From contig CBDAUA010000002.1 of the NCBI GenBank assembly GCA_965200425.1, forward strand, positions 65,392-129,391: a DNA stretch of 64,000 bases, written 5' to 3'. Origin of the DNA: Arenicellales bacterium (GTDB lineage Bacteria > Pseudomonadota > Gammaproteobacteria > Arenicellales > JAJDZL01). The position numbers were made by a program, and so were the translations under genes. The notes beneath the pieces were generated by a model that worked only from the letters and a program-made list of their open reading frames with translations, was not told the origin of the DNA and did not search any database. Shown here piece by piece: positions 10,374 to 20,343 of the stretch. Position 1 is the stretch's first letter; each line of letters begins with the position of its first letter.

Positions 10374-11089
10374 GAAGAAAACGCCGCGTCCTGAAGATCG
10401 ATCAATTCCAAAATGCCGGCTTGAGCCATGGAAGTCATTACCATGAGTTGATCGATCGTAAACGTATCTCCTTCCGCTGTTCCTTGAATTTCGATGAATT
10501 TGCCCGATTCATTCATCACCACATTCATGTCCGTTTCTGCGCTCGAATCTTGAACGTAGTTCAAATCGAGCACAGGTTTACCGTCCACAATTCCAACTGA
10601 TATTGCAGCGACTTTCGAGTGAATTGGATTGTCCTCAATAACTTTGTTTCTCAACAAAGAACGAATAGCATCGACGAGAGCGACATAGCCACCCGTTATC
10701 GAAGCACATCTCGTGCCTCCGTCGGCTTGTAGTACATCACAATCAACCACAATTGATCGCTCACCCAATTTCTTGAGGTCGATACATGCGCGCAGACTTC
10801 GGCCAATCAGACGTTGGATTTCAAGGGTACGACCACCTTGTCTACCTCGAGCAGCTTCACGAGAACTACGAACTTTCGTTGAACCCGGTAGCATACTGTA
10901 TTCAGCCGTTACCCAACCCTCATTGGTGCCTCTTTTATGAAATGGAACTCTTCTGTCGATACTAGCTGTACACAAAACATGTGTTCTTCCTGCTTGTATT
11001 AGCACAGAACCAGCTGGATTCTCAGTAAATGAGCGGATTATCCGATGAGTCCGTATTTGATCGGATCTGCGTTGATTCGAACGCTTCAT
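10370..11089 (-). CDS. rph: ribonuclease PH
   Basis: 239 aa. [46 protein letters not shown]. Confidence 0.92.
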   Translation of the reverse strand: MKRSNQRRSDQIRTHRIIRSFTENPAGSVLIQAGRTHVLCTASIDRRVPFHKRGTNEGWVTAEYSMLPGSTKVRSSREAARGRQGGRTLEIQRLIGRSLRACIDLKKLGERSIVVDCDVLQADGGTRCASITGGYVALVDAIRSLLRNKVIEDNPIHSKVAAISVGIVDGKPVLDLNYVQDSSAETDMNVVMNESGKFIEIQGTAEGDTFTIDQLMVMTSMAQAGILELIDLQDAAFSS

Positions 11090-11286
11090 TGTAAAAAACT
11101 TATCGAAATAGGTGTTGGTTCTGAAATCGCTCGGCTCACTATCGAAACCGACGGATCAAAACAAAGAATCGTAACAGATGTCAATACATTATAAGTGAGC
11201 AAAAGTTTTCTAAGTGTTAAGAAAAAAGTGATCCAAGCTACTTTGAGCGCGCTGAAAGAATTGGGTCGAAGAGATTTTCCAAATTT

Positions 11287-12055
11287 TTGACCGAAGCACA
11301 CGAAGGTGAATCTGAAGTCGAGTTTGCAGAACGATTGGAAAATCAACTAGAACAACTTATTGTTGCGAATGACCCAGAATCGATCGCTACATTTATTGCT
11401 GAGCCTGTAATGGGGGTCGGTGGAGTGATTCTTCCTCTAAAAACCTATTTTGTAAATGTTCAATCCATCTTAAGACAAGTACGATAATTTGTTTATTGCG
11501 GATGAAATTATTTGTGGCTTTGGTCGCACTGGAGAAATTTTTGGTTCTACTACCTATGACCTAAAACCTGATATTTTGACTGTCGCAAAAGGGATTTCAT
11601 CAGCGTACTTTCCTATCTCTGCAACTTTTGTGACGGATTCCATCTATCGCGCATTGGTCGAATCCAGTGTAGAAGCTGGTGTTTTTAGTCACGGATTTAC
11701 ATATTCTGGTTACCCTGTCGGAGCAGCCGTTGCACTTGAGACCTTAGCAATTTTGCAAGAACGAAGCATTGTTTCTCATGTTCGACGAGTTAGCAAGAAA
11801 TTTCTAAAAGTGATTCATCAATTAAACAACTTCGATATTGTCAAGAATACGAGCGGCGTTGGACTTATGGCTGGATTCGATTTGATTCAGGATAAGAAGC
11901 ATCAAACTAAATTTCCAGTCGAACTAGGAGTCGGTACTATTTCGATGAATTTGGCAGAAGAACATGGTTTGTTTGTGAGAGCACTTGGCGACTCGGTAGT
12001 GCTAGCGCCACCTTTAATCATTGTCGAAAAGGAGATCGACGAACTATTTGAGTGA
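11287..12055 (+). pseudogene. class III (omega) aminotransferase remnant, 5'-truncated and frameshifted
   Basis: Two adjacent ORFs in different frames. 11287-11487 ends ...IATFIAEPVMGVGGVILPLKTYF..ILRQVR*. 11489-12055 carries FIADEIICGFGRTGEIFG..PDILTVAKGISSAYFPISA. Reading one base over at about 11476 restores KYDNLFIADE, so there is a 1-nt frameshift. Only about 40 codons lie upstream of FIAEP, where intact enzymes have roughly 200 or more. Confidence 0.7.
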
Positions 12056-12163
12056 TCGCAATTTTCCATAAAGAATACTAAGAAACTGCTCTCACACTAA
12101 GTTCCCAGTAGCAATCGTTTCGTTGACTCCTGAATCAACAGTAGCTTTGTCAAATCTTCCAGT

Positions 12164-13069
12164 TCAACATTTAGATTGATTGAAATGGATGGCCTCTAAA
12201 CCCAATCTAGGGTGTGGATAGAGCAAATCAACACCTAATTCTAGTCGTATTCGCCGATTGTCAATTCGCTTTGAGGATCGGAGAAACGACCACATCATAC
12301 TACTGATATGTTCTAAATCTCTGGGTTTAGATGATTCAACGATTGCCGGCAATCCCCAAATTTCAGCAACAAGCTTGTAGTAATCATTCATTCGCATTGG
12401 GGTGCCATCGGCAGCATTGAATAAACCACATGCTTCATAACGCGCGGCTGCCAAACAAACTTGGACTAAATCATCGACGTGGATTCTATTTGTATAACCC
12501 ACATCTTCTTTGGGTGGGAGCACAAAACCTTGCTTTATTCGTTGAACAGGAATTCTTTGGGGTCCGTAAATTCCTGCCACTCGAATAATCGTTAGTTCAA
12601 CTCCTAAGCTCTCTGCCCATTTCTGAGCAAATCGTTCACTATTTAGTCGTCTAATGGCGCGACTGGAATCTGGATTTACACGGGTCGACTCATCGATCCA
12701 ATTTCCGCTACAGTTCCCATAGACACCGGTTGTACTGATTAAAACGAGTCGTCTAGGCAATCCTAATATGACTCTGTCTAAAAAATTTCGAATTCTAGTG
12801 TCAATCGATCCTTGATTTGGTGGAGGAACTAAGTAGAAAATTAGAGACTTTTTTCCGATTGACAAGCAGCTAGTTGCCACTTGATCCAGATTTATTCGAA
12901 CTGATTTTACGCCTTGAATATGAATTTTGGATTGATTTGTAACTGCTGTTACTTTTTCAATCTTGGGTCGAATGGATTGAGCTAAGCTTTTCCCAGTGTA
13001 ACCACAGCCAACAATAAAAGTCTCTGAATAACGACCATTGATAGGCTTTTTCATCTTCAATTTTTTCAC
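12164..13069 (-). CDS. NAD(P)-dependent epimerase/dehydratase-family (SDR) protein
   Basis: 301 aa. N-terminal Rossmann IVGCGYTGKSL and extended-SDR-like length. Specific substrate not inferable. Confidence 0.65.
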   Translation of the reverse strand: MKKLKMKKPINGRYSETFIVGCGYTGKSLAQSIRPKIEKVTAVTNQSKIHIQGVKSVRINLDQVATSCLSIGKKSLIFYLVPPPNQGSIDTRIRNFLDRVILGLPRRLVLISTTGVYGNCSGNWIDESTRVNPDSSRAIRRLNSERFAQKWAESLGVELTIIRVAGIYGPQRIPVQRIKQGFVLPPKEDVGYTNRIHVDDLVQVCLAAARYEACGLFNAADGTPMRMNDYYKLVAEIWGLPAIVESSKPRDLEHISSMMWSFLRSSKRIDNRRIRLELGVDLLYPHPRLGLEAIHFNQSKC

Positions 13070-13373
13070 TTCAACTTCGCTTTGAGCAAATCAAAGGCAG
13101 GGAACAATATTTTCTGCCGAGTATTCAAAAAATTCTTAAGCGGGATTCTTTCTGCAATCGTTTAGTATTGAATGTATCGCTGATTCCAATTTTCTTGTGC
13201 TCTTCGACCTTAGCCGCGTAATACACTTAGAATGCGAGCGGTACACCAGTAACAAGTCTGCCACACGCCTTTCTAAGTTAGCAATAGAAACAATTATGAT
13301 CTTCGATGCAGATTCGTTATTTGAAAAACCCAGTCAAATTGTTTTCCCAGAATCCTTAACATCATCGAACTGA

Positions 13374-14534
13374 TTAGTCTCTTCGTAGCTTATCCGATAC
13401 CGCGACAGGTGTCGGATAACGGAACACGATAAGATAGGAAGAACCAATCAAAGTCAAAACCGTTGAAATCAACAAAAAGTTCAGGGCCATACTTCCAATA
13501 ATCTTTGATTCAATTGCTAAAAATACAAGCAGAATGGAAAATTCACTCAGCTGCCCGAGTCGAATTCCGGTTTCCCAACCGGTTTTAGACTTTTCACCAA
13601 AAGCTACAAGCAAAGACTTATACGTGAACGGTTTGACAACTAATACCAATACTGTCAAAATTGTCGCAGCCAAAAATACTGCTGGGAAAGCAATCGGATC
13701 GAAATAGGCACCGACAGTGACAAAAAATAGCACCAGAAAAAAGTCACGCAATGGTCGTAAATGTTCGGCCATATACCTCGCAATCGGGGAAGCTGCCATC
13801 GAAACACCCGCGACGAAGGCACCTACTTCACTGACCAACCCGAAAACATGGGCCAGTTGCCCCATACCGAGACACCATGCGATCGCGACCAAGAAAATGT
13901 ACTCCTGAATGGTTTGGAACTTTGTGATCACCTTTCTAATCACAAAATATTCAAGCAAAAAAGCAATCGCGACAAAGATGGGTAAGCTAATTATCGGTAG
14001 CAAAGCGGAAACACCAAACTCGGCACCACCCATTTGAGCAACTACGACCAAAGCGATAATCGCGAGCAGATCTTGCATCAACAATAATCCAATGACGAGT
14101 TCACCGATATGCTTGTGATGTAGTGCCGTGGTAGGTAGAAGTTTGATGCCAATTATCGTACTGGAAAATGCGGTGGCAATACCGGTGACAATTGCTTCGA
14201 CTTTTGTAAATCCAAAAACAAAAGCAATTCCAAAACCCAATGAAAAAAAGATTGTGGACGCGATCACTGTAATCCAAGTTACAGATTGGAATAATTTGAT
14301 TAACTTTTGCGGATACAGGTCTAAGCCAAGCAGAAAAAGTAAAAAAACGATGCCGATGTGAGACAGTCCTTCTATTAACTCCAAATCGGGTAAGAGATTT
14401 ACACCTGCAGGTCCGAATATAGCTCCCAGAATGATATAAACCACGGGTAGAACCTGACGCGCATAAAGAGCCAAGGTAGCTAATAATGCGGCTCCAACAT
14501 AGATCGCAAAAATGTAGAAATTGATTTCTTCCAT
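13374..14534 (-). CDS. cation:proton antiporter (CPA2/Kef-like membrane domain, no KTN domain)
   Basis: 386 aa and about 11-12 hydrophobic helices. Typical N-terminus with LPVVYIILGAIFGPAGVNLL and GLDL motifs. Confidence 0.75.
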   Translation of the reverse strand: MEEINFYIFAIYVGAALLATLALYARQVLPVVYIILGAIFGPAGVNLLPDLELIEGLSHIGIVFLLFLLGLDLYPQKLIKLFQSVTWITVIASTIFFSLGFGIAFVFGFTKVEAIVTGIATAFSSTIIGIKLLPTTALHHKHIGELVIGLLLMQDLLAIIALVVVAQMGGAEFGVSALLPIISLPIFVAIAFLLEYFVIRKVITKFQTIQEYIFLVAIAWCLGMGQLAHVFGLVSEVGAFVAGVSMAASPIARYMAEHLRPLRDFFLVLFFVTVGAYFDPIAFPAVFLAATILTVLVLVVKPFTYKSLLVAFGEKSKTGWETGIRLGQLSEFSILLVFLAIESKIIGSMALNFLLISTVLTLIGSSYLIVFRYPTPVAVSDKLRRD

Positions 14535-14621
14535 ATTGATAGATTAGCAGTGCCGCCCGATTCGCGACTAAATCGGCTGTAGGTGGTAAAACGCGTTATA
14601 GAAATTTTCGTGTTTTATGAA

Positions 14622-15194
14622 CTACGAAATATTTTTCCACTTGATATTACAACCAAAGCTAGGTCGCTGGTTTTGTGAAATTTGAATTCCCGCTAGCAGC
14701 GCTTCTGCTGCCTTTCGAAGATCTGAACCTGTTGGAGTAATACCGTTACTAGGTCGGCTGTTATCGAATTGACCACGATATACAAGTGTTTGTTGGGAAT
14801 CGAAAAAATAAAAATCAGGAGTACATGCCGCTTCGTAAGCCTTTGCGACACTTTGAGATTCATCGTATAGATAAGGAAAGGAGTATCCGAATCGGACCGC
14901 GTCCTTCGCCATCATTGCAGGGCTGTCAGCGGGGTAAGTTGAGACATCATTCGCGCTAATCGCGATTGTTGTTATTCCTTTGCTTTGATACTCATCCGCG
15001 AATTCGGTAAATGCAACTTTGATATTAGCCACGAAAGGACAATGGTTGCAGATAAAAGCAATCACAATGCCTTCAGAGCCACTAAACTCTGACAAAGAAA
15101 CTTGAGGCGCCGGAAAACCCGGATTGGTATTTGGAAGGGAAAAATCAGGTGCGACTGTTCCCAGCTTTAACATGTTCGATTTGGTCGCTACCAT
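14622..15194 (-). CDS. thioredoxin-fold (AhpC/TSA/TlpA-like) redox protein
   Basis: 190 aa. APDFSLPN followed by VIAFICNHCPFV (CxxC-type motif). Confidence 0.7.
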   Translation of the reverse strand: MVATKSNMLKLGTVAPDFSLPNTNPGFPAPQVSLSEFSGSEGIVIAFICNHCPFVANIKVAFTEFADEYQSKGITTIAISANDVSTYPADSPAMMAKDAVRFGYSFPYLYDESQSVAKAYEAACTPDFYFFDSQQTLVYRGQFDNSRPSNGITPTGSDLRKAAEALLAGIQISQNQRPSFGCNIKWKNIS

Positions 15195-15230
15195 TAGTCT
15201 TTCTCAATCGGATATCAATAATTTTAACTG

Positions 15231-15989
15231 TCAAACCTTTGATTTGATTGTACTGCAAACCGGACAGTGCTTGTCTTTCGGAACTCGGATTTGCTGCCAT
15301 TCGGATCGTGCAGCATCGTACAGAACTAACATTCCATACTGATTATCGTCAATATCTGTAAGAATTTTGATGACTTCAGTTGCCTGCATTGAACCTATCG
15401 TACCACAAAGTGAACCCAGCACACCAGTTTCACTACATCGTTCCTCAGGTTCATCTTCCGGACGATATAAGCAACGAAAGCAAGGGCTATCCTCTTTTTC
15501 TGGACGATAAACGATCATCTGCCCTTCCATCCGTATCGCGGCACCAGAAACTAGCGGTGTCTTCATTTTTACACAGGCTTGATTAAGTGCAAAGCGAATA
15601 TCAAAATTGTCAGTCGCATCCACGACTACATCAGCCTTTTTCACTACTTCTGCTATTTCAGAATCTTTCAAGACTTTGTTGATGGTGGTAACACGAACCT
15701 CAGGATTCAACGCGTTTAGCGTGCGCTCGGCTGCGAATACTTTTGATTCATCAACCTCTTCGCTCTTAAACAAAATCTGCCTCTGAAGATTAGATAAATC
15801 CACCAGATCAAAATCGTTCAAAATTAAGTGACCAACTCCGCTCGCTGCAAGATACATGGCAATTGGTGAGCCTAGACCTCCCATACCAACGATTGCAACC
15901 GTAGAATCAATAATTTTTTGCTGACCGGTGATGTCGATTTCCGACATCATAATTTGCCGGTTGTATCTCAGTAGAAGTGAGTCATCCAT
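15231..15989 (-). CDS. moeB: molybdopterin-synthase adenylyltransferase (ThiF/MoeB family)
   Basis: RYNRQI, the nucleotide loop GMGGLGSP, and two CxxC pairs (CFRC, CPVC). 252 aa, no rhodanese domain. Confidence 0.8.
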   Translation of the reverse strand: MDDSLLLRYNRQIMMSEIDITGQQKIIDSTVAIVGMGGLGSPIAMYLAASGVGHLILNDFDLVDLSNLQRQILFKSEEVDESKVFAAERTLNALNPEVRVTTINKVLKDSEIAEVVKKADVVVDATDNFDIRFALNQACVKMKTPLVSGAAIRMEGQMIVYRPEKEDSPCFRCLYRPEDEPEERCSETGVLGSLCGTIGSMQATEVIKILTDIDDNQYGMLVLYDAARSEWQQIRVPKDKHCPVCSTIKSKV

Positions 15990-16155
15990 AAAGACATCTA
16001 TTCAAATGGGTGCAACAATACGATAAATTTGTCGTTTACCCAGTTCAATCGCTCGAAAATCCACTCGATCTCTTGTTGTTCATAGCTTAAATCTCAAATT
16101 TACAGTCGCTAGACAAACCGAAGCTCAAAGACAAAGTCAAAACTGAAGAATCTAG

Positions 16156-16554
16156 TTATTCTTCCTGTTTCAGGAAGAACAGATTTTCTTGCAAGCGATC
16201 GCGAAATGGCTCAAAAATATCATAAATCAAGCGCCATTCTCCAAACATCTCAAGTTCGATGTCAAACTCATACTGACCAACAGTGTCTGCATTCTCCACA
16301 GCTTCAACTGGCCGAATATTGTGAGCTAACGGCATGGTTGGCATGTCCGCACCTGCGAGGAATCGAGCACCACTGACAGGTTTGCCGTCTTGACTCAATT
16401 GAACATCACACTTGTACACCAATTGCACCGCAGTTTTAGCACATGTCGTCGAAGTTTCAACTATCTGCCCAACCGCTTTGCTAATAGATAATGCACTAAG
16501 AATTACTGCAAATATTGACATTAGAATTTGCATGCATTTATTCGACATTGGCAA
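16156..16554 (-). CDS. small secreted hypothetical protein (tail gene of the Liv-type operon)
   Basis: 132 aa. Signal-like N-terminus MQILMSIFAVILSALSISKAVG and a Met/His patch GADMPTMPLAHN. It overlaps the preceding ATPase gene by 17 nt, or starts 4 nt after that gene's stop codon if the ATG at 16533 is used. Confidence 0.5.
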   Translation of the reverse strand: MPMSNKCMQILMSIFAVILSALSISKAVGQIVETSTTCAKTAVQLVYKCDVQLSQDGKPVSGARFLAGADMPTMPLAHNIRPVEAVENADTVGQYEFDIELEMFGEWRLIYDIFEPFRDRLQENLFFLKQEE

Positions 16555-17185
16555 CTTCTCTCAAAATACGTCCGTTTTCTAGCTCAATGTAATGGTTAGC
16601 CACTGTAGGGTCAGGCACATTGTGCTGTCCTGTCATAAGAATTCCAACGCCTTCGTCACGAAGAGAACTAATTGTTTCCCAAACTCTATGAGAAGGCCCT
16701 TTTGCCAAACCGAGCAAGGGCTCGTCAAGTAGCAATAATTCCGGTTTTGACATCAATCCACGCGCAAACGATAACATTTGTGCTTGTCCTCCACTTAGAG
16801 AATAGGCAGGTTTTGACATCATACACGACAATTCAGGAAACAAGCTTAGAGCTCGGTCCAAATCTAGCCTCTGCCCAGCAACCGAAGCACCAAACTCCAA
16901 ATTTTCACGAGTTGTCATCCCAGAAAACAAATTTCTTCCTTCAGGTACCAACACAATCCCTTCTTTCAACATAGATGCCGGTGTCCGACGGCGCAGATCA
17001 GTTTCTCGTAACGATAGACTCCCGGTACTGGGTACAGCACCGATTATGGCTTTTAGAAAACTCGATTTTCCAGCACCATGATGACCGTCAATTACGACTA
17101 GTTCGCCAGGTGAAAGGTTCAAACTCACTTCGATTACTGCAAGGACGGCTTGGTAACGAACCGATATTCTTTTGATTTTAAGCAA
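16538..17185 (-). CDS. ABC transporter ATP-binding protein, LivF-like (second set)
   Basis: 215 aa. Walker A GHHGAGKSS, signature LSGGQAQ, Walker B LLLLDEP. Confidence 0.8.
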   Translation of the reverse strand: MLKIKRISVRYQAVLAVIEVSLNLSPGELVVIDGHHGAGKSSFLKAIIGAVPSTGSLSLRETDLRRRTPASMLKEGIVLVPEGRNLFSGMTTRENLEFGASVAGQRLDLDRALSLFPELSCMMSKPAYSLSGGQAQMLSFARGLMSKPELLLLDEPLLGLAKGPSHRVWETISSLRDEGVGILMTGQHNVPDPTVANHYIELENGRILREVANVE

Positions 17186-17813
17186 ATTCTTCTCGTAAAA
17201 ATAACTGTTGGTTTTCTAAGCAGTAAACTACTAGTACAAGCTTCATCATCAGGTCAATGCGGTGTTCTACAATCACCAAAGCAGTTCTGTCGTCTACGAA
17301 TCGATGCAAAAATTCGGCAAATTGATTTAGCTCAGATTGCGATAAACCAGCTGAAGGTTCATCAAGAAACAAAACTTTCGGTGAGCTGATGAGCGCTCGA
17401 ATAACCTCTGCTTTTCGCAAAGCAGGTAAAGGAATTTCCGAAGGAAACTTACTCAAATACTGAGTCAATTTGCTTGCTTCAAGCATCTTGGTTAGGTTTG
17501 CCGGTTTTCTACCGGCACCCATGAACTGCTCACGCAGTGGAACCGAAGGTTGCATTCGGGACGTCTGAAAACTTCTTCGAATTCCTTTTCGAGCAAATTT
17601 CCAGGCCGGTTCTGTATCTATCCGCTTCCCATCCAGTTTGATATGCCCGGAAGTAGGTCTCAAGAAACCCGTAGCAATGTTGACCAAAGTTGATTTACCT
17701 GTTCCATTACCACCGGTCAATCCGATTCTAGCACCGGACTCCAATGTCAAAGATATATCTCTCAGAACTTGAATGCCACCAAAGGACATGGAAATATTCA
17801 ACATTTCAAGCAT
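17178..17813 (-). CDS. ABC transporter ATP-binding protein, LivG-like, short, with degenerate signature motif (second set)
   Basis: 211 aa. Walker A GGNGTGKST, Q-loop SFQT, Walker B VLFLDEPSAG, H-loop VEHR. The LSGGQ position reads IPLPALRKAEV. Confidence 0.75.
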   Translation of the reverse strand: MLEMLNISMSFGGIQVLRDISLTLESGARIGLTGGNGTGKSTLVNIATGFLRPTSGHIKLDGKRIDTEPAWKFARKGIRRSFQTSRMQPSVPLREQFMGAGRKPANLTKMLEASKLTQYLSKFPSEIPLPALRKAEVIRALISSPKVLFLDEPSAGLSQSELNQFAEFLHRFVDDRTALVIVEHRIDLMMKLVLVVYCLENQQLFLREEFA

Positions 17814-18708
17814 TTGGCCGTGTCAATCGTGCCTTGATTCGTGCTGCGGTACGGGGACCAATAAGACCTTCTGGAAAAACAATGAGCAAAACAGCGACTA
17901 AGCCACCAAACACGATCATCCGGTAAGAAGACAAAGCACGAATACTTTCCAAAAGACCAATGTCGATCGCCACACCTATAAGAGGTCCAATTGGAGTTCC
18001 AAGTCCACCAATTATCGAATATGCAAGTGCATGAACGCCTAGCATCACGCCGAACATGGAAGGTTCGATATACGTGCTGAACAATGCAAACAACGCACCT
18101 CCGAAAGCAGCAACCATACCTGAAAGACCGATAAAAGTGATGCGATAAACTGTCGGACAAATTCCTAAGGATTGCGCAAGAATGCTATCTTTCCCTACAA
18201 GACGGGCATGACGCATTGGTCGGGTCCGTTCGGCCAATAACAGCAAACACAATAGAATGAAAACAAATACTACGGTTAGGAGCAGAAAATCCGTTACTTC
18301 GTAATTGTTTTCAAACATCCAGCGAATATTCCTAAACCCTTCGGGGCCGTCTGGTCCCGTAATACGACCTTCAACTTCTATTGGTGCCCGTACGCGCAAC
18401 ATCACCAACCGAAACAATTCTGCAAACGCCAATGATGCGATGGCAAAGTAAAGCCCGGACAATCGAACTGTCAGCACAGCAAGAATTAAAGCTGCTATAC
18501 CCCCAGCGACAACGCTCAGTATGAGTGCTATCACGATATTCATTTCGAGTAAGGTAGTCGCAGTAGCGATTACGTACGCTCCGATGCCAAAAAATGCTTG
18601 TTGACCAAATGAAATCTCCCCAACGATCAACACCAGATACGCTGACAAAGCTAGGAAGGTAATCAGCATCATGTTGGTCAGAATTGACGCATAGTAGATG
18701 CTCATCAT
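17806..18708 (-). CDS. branched-chain amino acid-type ABC permease, LivM-like (second set)
   Basis: 300 aa polytopic protein with LivM-like sequence (SFGQQAFFGIGAYV). Confidence 0.8.
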   Translation of the reverse strand: MMSIYYASILTNMMLITFLALSAYLVLIVGEISFGQQAFFGIGAYVIATATTLLEMNIVIALILSVVAGGIAALILAVLTVRLSGLYFAIASLAFAELFRLVMLRVRAPIEVEGRITGPDGPEGFRNIRWMFENNYEVTDFLLLTVVFVFILLCLLLLAERTRPMRHARLVGKDSILAQSLGICPTVYRITFIGLSGMVAAFGGALFALFSTYIEPSMFGVMLGVHALAYSIIGGLGTPIGPLIGVAIDIGLLESIRALSSYRMIVFGGLVAVLLIVFPEGLIGPRTAARIKARLTRPNA

Positions 18709-19614
18709 TTAAATCCGTTCTTCAGACATCCGTCCAATGCGATACAGACGAACTCCCATTAATCCCCCTGGTCTCAGAATGAGAATTAGAAACAGTAAAC
18801 CAAAGGTGGAGATATCGCGATACTCGGCCCCAAGACTGTAGGTAACGAATGCTTCGACGAGCCCCAATAACAAGCCGCCCAAAACAGCACCTGGCAACGA
18901 TCCTACGCCTCCTAGCATCATTGCGACTAATCCCTTGAAGGTGCTCCACAAACCGAACAATGGCGTGACTTGACTATCTCCGGATAAAATCAGAAACGCT
19001 GCTGTACCACCCAGCAGACCAGCCAATGCGAAAGTGGCGACACCGATCAACCCAACTCGCGCTCCGAGCAAATATGCTGCTGTCGGATTATCAGATGCGG
19101 CGCGTAGCAACAAACCGATACGTGTTTTTTTCAAGAATAGGTAAAGCAATCCCATGGCGGCAAATGCAATCACTAGATGGAGCAGATGATCACTTCGAAT
19201 GAAAAGGTCGAACATTTCAACTGAGCCCATTTCGAGACCCGGGTAATCGTGGGTCCGTTGGGGTAGCAGTTGTGAAGAAATTTCGTCCAACTGCATCCAG
19301 ATTGCGAAACTAGCGATCATTGAAGCAATCGCACCAGTTCGACCAGAGTGTGGTGCAAAACACAATCGCTCCACGTAGACTCCGGCAAGACCACTACCCA
19401 GTGCTGTTATCAGAAATAGACCAACAGCGCCCCATCCGAGTATCGGCTCTAACCAAACTGCAAGAGCTGCACCAATCAGCAAACTTGAACCATAGGCCAG
19501 GTTGATTCGCCGCATGATTCCGAAAATTAGCGAAAATCCTAGTGCAAGCAATCCGTAGGCTGAACCAAACAACAAACCATCGATTGTGGTCTGCAACACA
19601 TCCATAGGATGCAT
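18709..19614 (-). CDS. branched-chain amino acid-type ABC permease, LivH-like (second set)
   Basis: 301 aa polytopic protein with a LivH-like N-terminus (TIDGLLFGSAYGLLALGFSLIFGIMRRINLAYG). Confidence 0.8.
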   Translation of the reverse strand: MHPMDVLQTTIDGLLFGSAYGLLALGFSLIFGIMRRINLAYGSSLLIGAALAVWLEPILGWGAVGLFLITALGSGLAGVYVERLCFAPHSGRTGAIASMIASFAIWMQLDEISSQLLPQRTHDYPGLEMGSVEMFDLFIRSDHLLHLVIAFAAMGLLYLFLKKTRIGLLLRAASDNPTAAYLLGARVGLIGVATFALAGLLGGTAAFLILSGDSQVTPLFGLWSTFKGLVAMMLGGVGSLPGAVLGGLLLGLVEAFVTYSLGAEYRDISTFGLLFLILILRPGGLMGVRLYRIGRMSEERI

Positions 19615-19623
19615 ACTTCTAAC

Positions 19624-20343
19624 TTACGCGGATTTCCCGCCCAGATAGGCGCGTTTGATTACGTCGTCATTTTCCATTTCGCCGGGTGTACCATCGAATG
19701 CAACTTTTCCTTGGTCTAGCAGATAGAAGTGATCTGCAACTTCCAGGGCTTTAACAGCATTTTGCTCTACCAAAACAATTGGCATACCTTCTTGATTTAC
19801 TTCGCGAATGATTGCGAAGATTTCATCAACAATTTTTGGCGCGAGACCGACAGACGGTTCATCCATCAACAGCATCTTGGGCTTAGAGATTAGCGCGCGT
19901 GCAACCGCTAGCATCTGTTGTTCGCCACCGGATAAAGTGCCCGCATTTTGACTATCTCTTTGCTCGAGTAACGGAAAGCGTTTATACATCGCCTCAATGT
20001 CTTGCATTACTTGGCCTTGCTCTGATTTGTGTCGAGAATAAGCTCCTGCCAATAAATTCTCTCGAACAGTCAATTCTGGGAAAACAAGCCGATTTTCAGG
20101 GATGAGTGCAAGACCACTTCTTAGTACTTTAGGTGCACCGACTCCAGCTAGTTCGTTACCTTGCAACTGCACCGATCCGCTGTCAGGATTAAGTATGCCT
20201 GCAATCGTGAACATCAAAGTAGTTTTACCGGCTCCGTTTGGACCCAATATACAGGTCACACGTCCATCTTCAGCTTCAAGTGAAACTGACTTTAGGGCTT
20301 TTATCAAACCGTAAGAAGTAGTTAAATCGCGTACGACTAACAT
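19624..20343 (-). CDS. livF: ABC transporter ATP-binding protein LivF-like (first set)
   Basis: 239 aa. GPNGAGKTT, LSGGEQQMLAVARAL, LLMDEPS. Confidence 0.85.
   Translation of the reverse strand: MLVVRDLTTSYGLIKALKSVSLEAEDGRVTCILGPNGAGKTTLMFTIAGILNPDSGSVQLQGNELAGVGAPKVLRSGLALIPENRLVFPELTVRENLLAGAYSRHKSEQGQVMQDIEAMYKRFPLLEQRDSQNAGTLSGGEQQMLAVARALISKPKMLLMDEPSVGLAPKIVDEIFAIIREVNQEGMPIVLVEQNAVKALEVADHFYLLDQGKVAFDGTPGEMENDDVIKRAYLGGKSA

Noticed and set aside
11086-11346. 86-aa minus-strand ORF overlapping the rph start region and the aminotransferase remnant.
   Set aside because: Phe/Leu/Ser-rich translation typical of AT-rich non-coding DNA. It overlaps the likely rph promoter and the pseudogene frame.
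17798-18160. 120-aa minus-strand ORF, and similar alternative-frame ORFs (for example 21704-22021, 22106-22354, 18722-18949), inside the Liv permease genes.
   Set aside because: They are fully nested in alternative frames of strongly supported permease genes. Their Cys/Arg/Trp-rich composition is typical of off-frame translation.
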